Shown: piece after piece, positions 10,453 through 24,449 of the stretch
How the letters are laid out: each line of letters opens with the position of its first letter
Position numbering within the stretch: position 1 is the stretch's first letter
From: Trichoplax sp. H2
Lineage: Eukaryota
NCBI GenBank assembly: GCA_003344405.1
Contig: NOWV01000247.1
Span: 62,001-92,295 of the forward strand
Length of the DNA stretch: 30,295 nt
Reading direction: 5' to 3'
Position numbers and translations under genes: made by a program
Notes under the pieces: generated by a model
Seen by the model: only the letters and a program-made list of their open reading frames with translations
The model's database searches: none
Told to the model about the DNA's origin: nothing

Positions 10453-12506
10453 GAAATATTTCATTGGGTAAATTTATATTGGTCGTCCTGATTTTAATTT
10501 TCCAATTAGTCATATTACGCTATTCAATCTAATTTATTGAATTGTCATGGACAGTGGGAGTGTACACCTTTATACCATTTTACGTGCATTAATAATCGTC
10601 ATTTCATACATGTGCAGCGCTCGTCTTGTTAATTTAATTATAATTATCACACCATAAAAGTTACAATAAGTGTTTCTTTTGAATTCACAAGTCGATTATC
10701 GAGAACAAACATGCAACTTTGAAATAAATAAATAACAGGAACTACTCAAAAAATTCTCTTAGTAGTCCGTGGAAGTAATATGTTGGACTACATCTTACAT
10801 GGTGTACTAACTCGCTAAAAGGACAAATTGTTGGTAAATTATTGGTTTCGTTGTTATTATACTGATAAGTCCATTAGCAACAAGAGACATTTGTGAGTGT
10901 AGATATTGCATTTCCCGTCGTTGATATTAATGCTGCATTCGTTCGTTATAGCGTAGTTTGTTTGATGTATAGTATATGTCCATAACTTACATGCGTCTAT
11001 ATACACGTATACACTGTACAATACCATCCAATGTTGAACCTGAATTGCATATTTTTCTTACTAACATTGCTGAATAATAATATCCAATAGGTTTTTTGCT
11101 GTATAATGATGCTCTTGCCCTATAGAATTAAAGTCTATGTAAACGTCAAATGGGCTGAGTAAATACTGAATTGCTTCACTTGGAATTGTCTTTTAAAAGC
11201 CTATGCTCCGCCCTACATCGAGCAACATAATAAGGTAATAAATAATCTAATCATGACAGATTCTAACTTTTAAAATGCAAGGACAGATTAATTATAGAAT
11301 GCAAATAGTCCATCAAAAGAGCCGATGTCAATGTTCATAATGCATAATTCTATGTTGATTTTGATTTGATGTAATACATAACTATGTAAAACTAGATTTG
11401 TGTCTTCTTTTTTTCTTTTAGTAGACCCTGTTTACGTAGCTAAAATTTCGATGTCAGTTGTGGAATTTGTTGGTATCAAGTTCCAATTTATTATTCATTA
11501 CTATGCTTATGGTGATGATTGATTTGTCTATAGTACAGTATATATTGTGGATCAACGCTGCCTAGTGTACCCTAACCTAGATTATCATAAACTAGGATGA
11601 AATCCGTAGGTTGTAGATGTAATGCGAGGATAATATTAGAGCTTCCTTTCAGCGTCTTTTTGTTGGTCTTGGAAAATGTCCATGTGCATCTGTGAAACAA
11701 CACTTGTAGTCTACTCTTCAACGGTATAGCACTAACGTACAATTTCATCGTTCTTTGACAGTAACTTGCTTGTAAAAGAGTGGAAAAGTTTGTCTTATGA
11801 GTAAGGATACGTTGAGTAAGCAGACTGGAATTGTTTTTCCTAATCACTATTGACTGTTAGACTGATTGATTGTAATTCAGTCGGTGTCTATTTACTCTAT
11901 CGATTGGGAACGCCCTTTACTGTTTGGTTAGTGTCCGTATTGTAGTATACTGTACAGTGTACAGTATAGTACTGTAGAGCAATGGTGATGGCAATGAGGC
12001 AGCGAGCCAGGGGATGTCTCAAATTGGTGGAGTAGACGGCCGCTGCAGTGCGCGGTTGGATGCCGTCAAGCCTCTTGGACTGTTATTGCTGTTTATGAAT
12101 ATTGATCCTCATCTTGGTATTGGACATTATGTCCAAATGGAAAGTGAAAACCACTACGAGCGTACTTGACTCAAGTCGTTTGATGGGATCCTTCTTCACT
12201 AGTAGCTGATGCCATACCGATCGCTATCGATCCAGACTATTAGCATTGACTGCATGATGAATGAATGTACAATTGTACACTGCAGAATAGCATTTTTAGC
12301 TTTCATTCTACAGGGAATGGTACATTTACAGTAGAGTACTGGGTTTGAGCCGACAAAGGATCGCAAGGGCATGCAGGCGGCCTTAACCATGGACTTTTTT
12401 TAGATACCTCTGCAAGTCCATGCCTCATTGCCTATGCGTTGACAGTCGTTTGCAGGCTTGATATCAGTACATACTGTACAGTACATCGAGTTGGATGCAT
12501 TCTGAC

Positions 12507-12978
12507 TGGGGCTACTGTACACTGTACAGTAGAATGGAAATTGTTTTCTTGGATATGTTTGAATGGTAAAAACTAGAAGTAAAATGCTGAAAAAAGACCC
12601 ATCGTGATGCATTTTGCTGTACACATAGGTCTCTTATTGTAGAAAGTGAGCCCCCAATAAGGAGTTATCCGCACCTGTTAAAGCCATGTATTTGCGATGA
12701 ATTTTGTTGCAAATTGGTGCCAAAATAGCAATATCGAATGTACACTTGTACTGTACACTGTACAGTATGGGATTACAGTACAGCACAGTACAACGATGCA
12801 TTGTGACAGGGGCTACTGTACACTGTACACTGTAGAACGGGATCCGCTTTTCTTGGTTATACAATATTGGAATGGTCAAAAGTAGAAGCAAAACCCTGCA
12901 AAAAGACCCATCGAGATACATTTTGCTGTATACATACAGTAGGTCTCTTATTGTAGAAAGTGAGCCTCTAATAAGGAG
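12507..12978. repeat. Dispersed direct repeat of ~160 bp, 2 copies, interleaved with ACAGT tracts
   Basis: ggggctactgtacactgtaca...aaaagacccatcg...taggtctcttattgtagaaagtgagcc at ~12507-12664 and ~12809-12978. Confidence 0.9.
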
Positions 12979-13745
12979 CAGTCCTCGTCCATCCTAAAAC
13001 AATCTCGAATGGATGGGATTAGACTACACCGCGCAGAGACCAAGGCGGCGGACACAGTAGAGTACAGTAGACTGCAGACTCTCTGCTGTCCATAACAGAC
13101 AGACAGACAAACAGACTATCGTGCATACTGTAGAGGGTCTCTACTGTACAGTACAGTGTGAACCAGTTCGAATCAGAGTACTTTAAGGTGCCCGAAAATC
13201 ACGAGAGTGAATCAAAATGTAATAATAATTATTATACGAATATAAAGCTGAATAACTTGGCTTTTTAATTTAATTGATTAAAATGAGGTTAATTGAACAA
13301 CTTACTGCACTACTGTACCGCTAGAATACGTGCCTACAGTACGTACTGTAGTCCAGCGTACTCGACCATCGACGTCATCAAGGCGGAGTCATCCCCCCCC
13401 CCCTATTAATTAATGGGCTGTCAGAATGAACGAGTAGTCAGTCAGTCTGTCTGTCTGTCAGTCAGTGGTTGCACAGTGTTTATCCATCAACAAGAAGGAG
13501 AAAAAGCAACCAACGTGTTTGCTGTCGACCGGCCATAGTAGTCGTAGTAGTGGTTATTTTTCATCGCTTGCTTTTAAAAAGTGATTTACAAGCGTCTTTC
13601 TCCTCTCCACTACTGTATACTACCGAGAAGGCAAGTGGATAGGCAATTATTGGACGTTGTTGTACAGTAGTGGTCATCCATTGAATAGCCACGCCAATCC
13701 ATTGAGTTGAACAAGACCCAAGTTGCAAGTCATCATCGATCGACG

Positions 13746-16700
13746 ATGCCACGTAAAATTTCCTTGAAGAAAGTCATTGCTTTAACTTTAGTCGTCACTA
13801 TTGCTTGCCTAATCTTAACTGCATTTCAAGCTGGCCAAAATTCACTGGCTGTCAAAGGTAGGTTAAAATACAACAGTCCGTCTTGATCAAGAATACAGTT
13901 CCATGCTTTCCATCCTTGGACCTAAAATACTTGCTTCTCCTGATTCAATTATCGTCATCATCTTCCAATAAGAAACAAGAGCAGTCTAGCCAACAGACAA
14001 GAGGACTCTACTTTTCCTTCCTATTCCTTTCATTCTCATCATCATTCTATCAGCCATGACAAGGGAAATCATATCCTTGTTGGACTTTATTGCGATAGCA
14101 GTATCCACAGACAGTACATAACAACAAATCCATACGATCATACCATCATTCCTATCTCCTTGACCAAATGGATACATTTACCAAATAGAATCTGGATAAC
14201 GTTACATGAGAATGCCGGCCGACGCGTAGTCCTGGCAAAATCAGATCATGACTTCCCATTTCTACTGTATTACTTTCTATCATCATCATCAAGAAATACA
14301 AGGGAAAGGATATTTTGATTCTTCTTCTTTGGGATAATAGTATAGAAATACATATACAATATTGGATAAATACCATGATACAGTAGGATTCTTTCCATAT
14401 TATTCTGAACCAATGGATACTTGCTTCTTCATGCAATGACTTCGCAAGGTCGATATTTACTCGTAGTATTTATGATAACGGGATAGCAGAAGACAGCAAA
14501 ATGGCATAACTCTTTTCTCATTGCTAGTTCTATCCATCATCATTCTCCACAAAGAGTGGGGAAAGGATCTTTTTGTTTGTCTTGTTTAAATAAGACTAGA
14601 GCCAAATGCATGACATTGGATAAAGAAGACGATTCGATCGTTTCCATCTCTTTGCCATATACTGTACTGGCTTTTCCCTGCTATCGTACCGTTCGATGCC
14701 AATAACATGAAACAACCACTTCCCTTTCGCATTGCTTGAAATCATCATCAAAATAGAAAGAAAATGATATTCTTTTTTTCTCTTCCTTTCTTGCATACGA
14801 GTGTACAAATAACTAGACCAATTTCATGGGATAAATGGCATAAGAAAATAATTTCTACAGTATCTTGTTGAACATTACCATGATCACGTTCCATAAGAGA
14901 ATACTGTTCCATAGTACAATAAATGAGACGGCCATTTCTCTCTCACTCACATTCCTTTCTAGCCTCATCAAGAAGTAGGAGGAAAATCATGTCCATATTT
15001 TTACAATCATTCGCTTTTGCTTGTTGTTACATGAGGAGGAGAACGTTATAGGAGAATACAGTTATGAGAAAGATTGGACAACCCCTTTTCATTCTTTCCC
15101 ATCATCGTCAAGAAACGCCAAGGAAATAATGTTAGGGTTTTCTTTCTTTTCTTGCTCATGGACAAGTGGACAAAATGACATTGGATTCATTAAATGATAC
15201 GATTATTTCTATCTCGGTGACCAATACTCCCATCAATTATCCACGCTATATCATCCTGATAACATTGAATCGGAGTACACCAGCGATGAAATAACCAGTG
15301 CCTACTGTCATTCCTTTCCGTCAAAAGTAGTCAGAAAATTGTGCCCTCTTTTATTCTACTAAATCATTTTACAGATATTGGCTAACCATGACTTTCTGAC
15401 TATAGCCCTTGCTCTTAACCCACAACATCAACATACACTCTTCAATGACAACGCTCAAGGATATTCAATTCTATTCACCTTCATATTGTAGGGTAGTAAA
15501 TGATTTCTCCGTCTGATTTTTTTCCTTTCCATCTACCTTGAATTTTTTTGCCGGTGGTCAGCCAACAATGATGTCATTATTGTTGGCTTATGCTGTACTT
15601 TAATGCTCTCTTTCTCCTTGCCCCCATGTCAGTAGAGCATCCCTAGTTAGACATGGATCAGATCTATTTTCTCTCTTACCTTAATTAATGGATTTCCAGT
15701 ACTGTCATGGACATCAGTGCTGTTGTTATTCAGAAATAAATTATCTTGCGCATTATTAATCAAATATTCTGCTGTACACTAATATATCAACGACAGCCTT
15801 TGATATAGACGAGTACTTTACTATTCGTCTACATCAATCGCGATTACTCTTTGAGTCCAAAAAATGCAATAAGAGTGAGAGAGAGTGAAGAAAAAGCGCT
15901 TGCAAGATAATATCGTTCTTAGCCAAAGTGCATAGTGTAATCATGAATAAAATGTTTAAAGAGTCAATAATAATATTGATAATTATTTTTTTTACAATGT
16001 TTGATTAGCTCCGTTGGAAAACAACATCGTCATTAACAGAAAACCTGCTGATATACAAATTAAACAGCGATCGATCATTGTCGATTCGCCTACTACAACG
16101 CCAAGTAAATCGGTGAGGATTGTAGATTGAAACTACTGTATTAAAATGATTGAAGTTGTTATTGTTGCTGTTATTCTTCTTAATTAGATTTATCCTTTAG
16201 CTTACTGTTATTTTACTGCCATATCCATTGACTGAAGTTATTTCTCGAAAATAAATATCACATCAGAAATTCCCTATCGACACTCAATAATTATACTATA
16301 CCTAAAGGGCCGAGATAAGGCTGTAAGGGATACAACTGTAGATATACAGTATCAAATTTATTCTTCAAAATAGTCCATGCGATTTACCACGTATTCATTT
16401 TATTCTTAAAATTCACCATCCTACTTTATTAATGGATAGAAAGGGACGCGATATCATAGCAGTCGATAAAATTTGAAATGTACGCCATTTTCTTTTTAGA
16501 AATGGATCATCATCACACTAGTTAATTCATGTCAATCATGACCATATCGCTTTCGTCAATCCAATAAGTCAGACATGTTCATTTGCTCTTCAAATTCATC
16601 ATCCTATCCAATAATTAGAATGCATTGCAATAGCCGATTGAGTGCATTTATTGATGAAATTTTAGGTGTACCAATTTTGTTCGTTAAATTCATCATATCC

Positions 16701-19700
16701 AATCATCCATCATAAAAGCCGATACAGCGCTCTAATCGATAAAATTTCAGCTGTATTATTTTTGCTTCATTTTCATCGTCATATTTAATAATGCATTACA
16801 AAAGCCGATATAGTGCACTCGTCGATGAAATTTCAAATAGATTCATGATTTTCAAATTCGTCTTCTTATCCAATAAAACGTTTAAATGGCCGACATAATG
16901 TCAACATCGATATGCAATTTTAGATGGACTCATTTTAGTCTGAATTCTAATTCACCTTACTCTCTAATAAAACGTTTAAATGGCCGACATAATGTAAACA
17001 TCGATATGCAATTTTAGATGGACTCATTTTAGTCTGAATTCTATTTCATCTTACTCTTTCTCTATGCTTTCATCGATCGATTTGAGATCTGATCGCTATC
17101 GAACTAAAATACTAGATACGAAATTCATCATCACTAATTTAGATGCATCCATGGTTGTGTCAATATCTCTCATCAAGCGATTGAAATGATACACTACATG
17201 TATTCATTTCAGTTAAACCCTCATGAGACTGCAAGGCCAGCCATTTTCTACAATATCCGGAAAGTAATCTAGATTTCTTTTGAAATCATTACAATCCTGA
17301 CAGAACTTCCAGACTCTATTTCAGTACACGTATTTTGCATACTTCTCATTTTTACCAGCCCAAATTATGCGCATAACGCCAATATTAACATGGTGACTAG
17401 CTCGTTTGGTGAAATTTTTTTTTACTTGATCATCTTGCATTGATGATTACGTTCAACGACAATGATGGACTTAGAATGAGGCTAACCTTTCAGTAAACAA
17501 TTATCATAACATTTATATCCCAATTTTATTCATCAACATGGATTAATATTACTTTTTACGCTGAAGTGAAAGATCGATCTACAATCTTTAGAACGGTATA
17601 GTAGAAACTTGTCATAGATGACAATTTAATCACAATTTACAATTCAATTTTATTTTAGAATTATTCAACGTCTTTACATGTTGAATGAGTTATAATTAGT
17701 AGCTATGCTATCTTGTAACATAGTAATGTATCCAATTCAAACCAGTTCTCGATCTATAGTTGTCAACTGATGTATCTTTGTTAAATACTAAAAAAATGAC
17801 CGAAATAGACGACATGTGAATTTATTAGAACTAAAAATGAAATTGAGATACATACTAAATTCTAAAATAATGAGTTACGAAGGATCCCCCAAAATGAGAC
17901 TATTAAAACGTCGTTTTAAACTATTCACGCTCAACTGATTGCATACACTGGTTACATTGACTGGCTGATGATGACCATTGGATACTCCACTGCAGTAGCT
18001 TTCTTAAATATTTTATATATTATCAATCACTGAAGTTGGACACGTATTCATTGCCTACCTACAATCGACATTAACAGCTAGAGGATGAGCAACAATCACT
18101 ACCTTCAAGTCCTTTATTCTGCCACAATATAAATGATTGCTGTCAAATCATTATTTCGTATTTCACCAGGAGAGACGAATAGATCATACAACGATAGACG
18201 CATTAAATATCAGTACACTTTTAAATCAAATCGAAACTAGTTCAATCTGTCATCCATTAACAATAATGGAAATGATGCTGTCCATCTATTTCTATAGAAT
18301 ACAGATACTATACTAATTGTTTCTTCAAAATTGAAAATCATTTATAAAATAATTTCACCTTTTCTGCTAACGATATCGCTAACCCTTACTCTCTAAAAAT
18401 GATGCTCCAATATTAATTGAACAACGGGATGTTACACCACCGTTGTTGTTTTATTACTTTTTTTATTGATAAATGATGACATTACGTCTATGACTATAGC
18501 ATTGCAATAATCTAAAATCAAAGATTAATCCAATTGTATAATGCCAAAGAAATAACAGTCATCATCGATCTTGAAGAATTGAGAGGAGATTTTCCATCGA
18601 TGCAATATAGAGATTAATAAAATATACTTTAATATTTTTTTGGGTTCAATTTTTTCATCATAGCAGACAACACCAACAACAATAGCTCCACAAACTAAAT
18701 CAGGTAGACAGATTTTTTGTACTAATTTAATTAACGTGATTACAATAGCTATGGTATTCTATCTCTATATTATAATATTAATTAATAACTTGGAATAAAA
18801 TATCATTCAATTGTGCTTTTTTTTCAACAATAATGCTCTAGCTCCACTTCCAAGTACAACACCACAAGGAACTAAGGTATGCTATGTTATTAGGAATAAA
18901 TTCATTGTTTAACACTATTTCTTACATCTGTACTTTCCATATTTTGCACAATTATCATTTTGGATATATAGGGCAAACTGAATGCTCACGTATGGAAGGA
19001 TCTGTGCGGATTTACCGTCGATGACTTAAAAAAATATTCGCTCTTTCCACATCTTCCACATGTAATCTTTCTTTCTCTAGTAGTACATCGACGTAGTTCA
19101 CTGTATTCGTATTACCGCGATAATATCTTGCCTGTATGCTTCTACAAGAAAAAGTTGGCTTGATTTAATACTTAATTATTTGTATTTCTTGGTCAATCAA
19201 TAGAAACGATATGTATTAAGTAATTTTGCTATTCAACCCAATGGAACCGAGTACGGTCAAAGAATCTTTGGCTATATTCATCCCAACGAAACAGGTCCAT
19301 ATTATTTTTTATTTAAATAGAATTATATAACGTCAATGCAAGATACAATCAATAGTCAAACCTCGATGTCTATACATTAATAGTCCTCCTATACATGCAA
19401 TTGACCATGTTGGTATTAATACTACATTATTAGGCGATTATCAATTTGCTATCTCAGCGGATGATACTGGAGAATTATGGTTAAGTACTGGTGAAAACCC
19501 GCAAAATGTCAAATTAATAGCGTCGCTAGGAAGGGTTAGAAATGAATTTTGATAGAAATTACTTTAAGAACACTTTATGATACCTAAACACGTTATACTG
19601 TGGACGTATTACGTGGATATTAATCTATTTTATTTTCTTCATATGGATCTAAAGGATGAACTTCGTTTATTTACCAAGCCATATCAATTTGATAAATATA

Positions 19701-22700
19701 AACCGCAACAATCACGAAAAATAAAGTGAGTAAAAATCACAAGTATGATATCGATATAGCGAAGGGATTAATTTGGATTTTTATTTCATTTCAAGAAGAA
19801 GCAGTAATAATTTTACATGCGATATTAATATTATTTATTCCTGACTTTCTTAACGTAGCCTTGTTAAAGGCAAACGTTATTTTATTGAGGCACTTCATAA
19901 GCAAGCCAAAGGCCAGGATCATATTCAAGTTGCGGTATGATATGGAGTGATGTATTAATAATAATACTTGTAAGGATTTTTAATTGGATTACAATAAGTC
20001 AATATCATTTGATTGTATGTTATTTTTGCAGTGGAGAAAGTATGGAAGCAACAAACCATATCGAATTATTAGTTCAGATTATATATCTATGTATGTTGGT
20101 AAGTAGAACAAGTCAATACTGTGTTGCTATAAATTTCTTGCCAAGTGAAAAAATTATTTTTATCCATTTTTACTAATCGCTCACATCTTTAATAACTGTA
20201 AAATAGACGATCTTAAAATTAAAGATGGAGATGTTAAATTTCTGGATCCAATTCCACTACACGCTCAATCTTTGGGGGTAAATTTATTGTACTGTAATCC
20301 CAGTCGAGAAGATTGCATGCTTTTCAATGGTTAACGATTGCTATTTTATATCAAAATTTTTTTGTAGAGATCTCCTGAAGGAATAACTGATCCACGAGAT
20401 AAACCCCAATCAAGTATGCAATGTGGTTTAGATAATATTTATAAATGGATTATCATCAATAATTTATATCAAACCAATATTCAACCTACAGTTCCGTTCG
20501 TCTTTGATGGAGACTTTGATCATGTGTTGCCAACGTGCCCCTATGAACCAAGCTATTTGGTTAAAAAGAAGTTGAAACGTTATGAAGGCATCAATCATGT
20601 CAGTCATTAGATTTTGAATAAAGTTGATATTGAAGTTATCATATCATCAATAAGACGAATATCATTTTATTTGTTAGTTACATTATACTAGTGTCTATCC
20701 TGATGATCACACTGTTGTTCGAAATGGTGATTATTTCACAAGTGGTAACCCTTTACTAGTACCGGCGGTTAGTACATGTTATACTATAAATGATTTCTTC
20801 TCTTTTATAGTAACTTTTGACTCAGTGCTCATAATTGTACCTCATTTCTATTAGACGGCAGAAAGAGTCGTGAAAAAATACATGGAAGCTATCGAAAAGA
20901 AATGGAAATTGTGAGTAAAAATTTTCCATCAGTTTAAGTTTTTACGTTACTATTTAGTAAACACTACTATACATATTTACCAAAATATTAGAAAATATAA
21001 ACTCAAGCAAATAATCAATATTGAAGAAAATCACGACAATGTTAATGGCGATCGCTACTTTATTGAAATGGTTAGTATCGTATCGCCTTGTTACTTTCTT
21101 GATTTATTTTGGCAAAATTAAAAGCTAACAGTGCAATTTTGGTTTCAATCTTCTGTAGGATCTCTATGTAAACGGACAAGGTAATAATAATCTTGTTTAT
21201 TGATGATATTATAGTATAATTGGATCTTTTTATTTCATTTAATTTGTTCAAAATAAAAATTTAACGATATATATAAGTGCTAGTAAATATTCTTAACATA
21301 AAACTATTTCAATTTTTAACAGAAGTTGTGCATCGCCTAAGTAGATATGTATATCAGGTCAAAGACCAGTATCAGCTATGTTATCCAGAAAATTTCCGTT
21401 GGAATAAATCAGCTGATATTAACGTCATTATAACCGGTAAAACACCAGATTCTGTTGTTAATAGCTAGCAAAAGTGTAGAATATTGTACGAAATTATAGT
21501 ATCAACCTTGTATAAAGAAAATCATCATTGTAAGTCTTGTATCTTTTGTTCAATTTCTCAACTGTTTTAAATGTAGTTAAGAACCAGGGCAGATGGTTAC
21601 AACACTTTTTCGATGATGTTTCAAATGTAAGTCACAATAGATGTCAGTCATTTTGTTACCATTCTATATGCAACAACTTTACTCTAATTTATTCCTCTCC
21701 GGTTGGATTCAAAAATCAGATCTACACATCGACAAAGGATAACAACTTGAATTTTATTATTGTGGACTATGACAGCAACGACATTGATGTAGAAACAGCA
21801 CTAAAGCGAAGCCCTTTACCAAAGTATGTACCATATATCATCAGCTATATATAATCAGTCATGCATGTAGTTGATATTAATTAAGCACCGCAAAGGGGTA
21901 TTTTGTTTTTGTTTTCTGACATGATAAACTATTTCAATTAAATAAATAGGTATCAAATTATCACTAAGAAAGGAAAATTTAGAAAAACAGCAGCTATTCA
22001 ATCTGCGCTGGACGCAATTGATGTAAATCATGTATTTGTATAGAAAGCTATTTATACATGTAGCTGTTCAATATCTATAATACTTTGCAAATAATACAGA
22101 AATTCTGACATTATCGTAGGATCCAAACAGCATCGTTTTAACACTGGATCTGCATTTGGAAATACCTGTTAATTTTTTCCAGTCTATCCGAAAGCATTGT
22201 ATTAAGGGCAGAATGGCGTTTGCACCTTTAGTTTTACGACTTAACTGTGGAGCATCACCAGACCGCCCAAACGGTAGTAAATATTTCATCGTGTAGCCTC
22301 ATAAATTTGAAAAAGAATGATATAATATTCTCCATTATATAGGATTTTGGGAGCCAGAAGGTTTCGGTCTACTTGGTATGTATAAATCAGACTTTGACAG
22401 AATTGGAGGAATGAATACTAAAGATTTTGGTGAAGGCTGGGGTGGTGAAGATACAGAAACCCTAGATCGGTAATAATAGCGCATAGTCCTCATCATAGTA
22501 CAATTGCTAACTTAGATTGTCAGTTTGATATTATGCGTGATGGGATTACAAAACTTAACTTTTTAAAATTTTCCGGTGATGCACCTTGACATTTTTACAT
22601 GGTTGTATTCTACACGAATTAATATTATAGAATCCTTCAGCAGCAAATAGAAGTAGAAAGAATTCGAGCACCAAAATTTTTCCATTTTTATCATTCAAAG

Positions 22701-22823
22701 AAAGGTTTATGGAATTTTGACGAGATTAGTGGAAAAAAGAAGCATGTTCGCGTCAGAATTATCAAGAGGATTATCGTTAAAAGGGGCAATAAAATTATTC
22801 GTGTCGTAAACATGCCAAGTTGA
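13746..22823 (+). CDS. B4GALNT3/4: PA14-domain beta-1,4-N-acetylgalactosaminyltransferase (LacdiNAc synthase, GT7/CHGN-type), B4GALNT3/4-like, 24 coding exons, ~690 aa
   Basis: Exons, GT-AG and phase-consistent: 13746-13857, 16009-16112, 18664-18703, 18842-18876, 18972-19061, 19204-19294, 19434-19534, 19655-19725, 19859-19934, 20032-20098, 20207-20277, 20368-20413, 20492-20598, 20678-20767, 20855-20910, 20992-21070, 21159-21180, 21323-21436, 21577-21626, 21720-21823, 21950-22022, 22120-22273, 22343-22469, 22631-22823 (TGA). N-terminal signal anchor [27 protein letters not shown]; Thr/Pro stem; PA14 motifs [28 protein letters not shown]; catalytic motifs [25 protein letters not shown]. Confidence 0.93.
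13950..15300. repeat. Decayed tandem array in B4GALNT-like intron 1
   Basis: Recurrent ttcc..tcatcatcaaga...ggaaa...tttt motif near 14040, 14281, 14535, 14741, 14965 and 15100. Confidence 0.6.
16300..17100. repeat. ~90 bp decayed tandem array in intron 2 with a recent 94 bp duplication (16872-17058)
   Basis: Repeated aaagccgata...tcgat.aaattt...aaattcatc; near-identical units start at 16872 and 16966. Confidence 0.85.
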
Positions 22824-24449
22824 AACTGATAATGCACATTTTAGCATTGATAGGAGAGAAAAGACAAATAATAGCTATTTTTATGTAAAATAATATCTAA
22901 TAGCAGATTACTTCTTAAGCGTTTCATTTATCAATTTCGAACGTCATTAACGATGGCAATTTCGTTTGTGATTAAAAATATGATGCATGATAACGACTAT
23001 ATTTTGTCATCTCATGCAGATTATTTTTGATCTATTTTTAAATCAATGTTATTTAATTGACATATTACATAACATGAGATACCATTTTAAGTTTCCCCTA
23101 CCTAAACTATAAATGCAATGTGATGTATCTTCTGAAAAGGATCATGTTAGGTATGTATTGATATGCCGTACTAGCAGTATATCAATATAAACGTTTGCCT
23201 GTAATGTATATTTTACTAAAATGTATATTGTATATCTGTAAATTCATCGATGCTGCAAACTATCGGTTATCAGTAACAATCGCTACTTATAAATAGTTTT
23301 ATGTATAAGAATTACATTATCAATATTATCACTTTAACGACTTGCAATCGTTCTTATGAGCAATTTGCTGATACTAATATCTTTTTTATAAAATTTTTAT
23401 ATATGTTATGGGATTCTATGATAGACGTTGTTATGCACTTTATTGTCATAGTCACTGCAGAAATTTGCTAATTCTTTATCATCAATCAATTCCCTTTGCA
23501 AATTTGTTTTTGTTAGCTGATAGATAGGATCTACTGTGTAGATTGGTAATAGGGATTTAGCAGTCGTGAAAGATTGCATACTTTTATGTTATGATACGAC
23601 CTTACGTCATTGACGGATTTAAATTTTTGGATATTATATGAACTTATTTGATGCACTACTCATCTGCGTAAAGTTGGGTTTGCATGCCAAAATTTAATTA
23701 ACTCTTACGTCATAGCGTTTAGATATTAATCTGTTGCAAAATTATTAAAATTTTTTAGAAGAAATTTTTAAGGAACAACGGTAAATTAAGAGTTAGACTA
23801 TCCCATAAAATTAGCTGCCTTTAAGAGCTAGTCTTGAAATAGAAAGTAATAGCTATAGTCCATAATATTAGAATGATATCCTATCTGCGGCAAACATATT
23901 CGGAGGTCTTCTTATTTACGATATCGTTGATTTATATCAAGATTGAATAAAATAATATACTCCCATTTAGATAACCATAATGAATTCGTGAATATGACTG
24001 TGATTCGATGCAGTCACAGATGTCACTAAGCTATATTGAACTATTATCTTTAGAATGAGATCTTAAAGGATGGATAGTGCATTTATGTGCATCTTTCTAA
24101 ACAGTTAATCAATAGGCTTGAAGATATATAATCGCTGTCATTTATTAAAGTCTCAGCATAGTATATGATATATTAAGCCCTGATATAAAGTATAAATATA
24201 TTCATATGTCTGCAAAGGTATCAGAGTTGGCTATATTTACGATTTCAGACTTTTAATCTTGCTTCACTTGCAGGCTACTTTACACTCTCTTTTCAGTTAT
24301 TGGATAAATTATCTAAAAATTCTTCGTAAACTAGCTTACTTTATCTGCTAGCTGTTGACGTAAGGCAATATACATTACTATACTCGTATATCAGATTTAT
24401 AATTTATAAATTAATATAAAGTTACGTTAACTATTTCAGTTTGATCTGC

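Noticed and set aside
11569..11577. ACCCTAACC, resembling a telomerase RNA template
   Set aside because: Only 9 nt; no convincing pseudoknot, CR4/5 or H/ACA domain could be found by eye
11572..11847. 91-aa minus-strand ORF ending near a donor-like GTTAGG
   Set aside because: No homology recognised and no downstream exons identified
12199..14808. Several short minus-strand ORFs
   Set aside because: They fall within repeats or intron 1 and show no coding signature
22068..22289. Minus-strand 73-aa ORF
   Set aside because: Antisense shadow of exon 22 of the transferase
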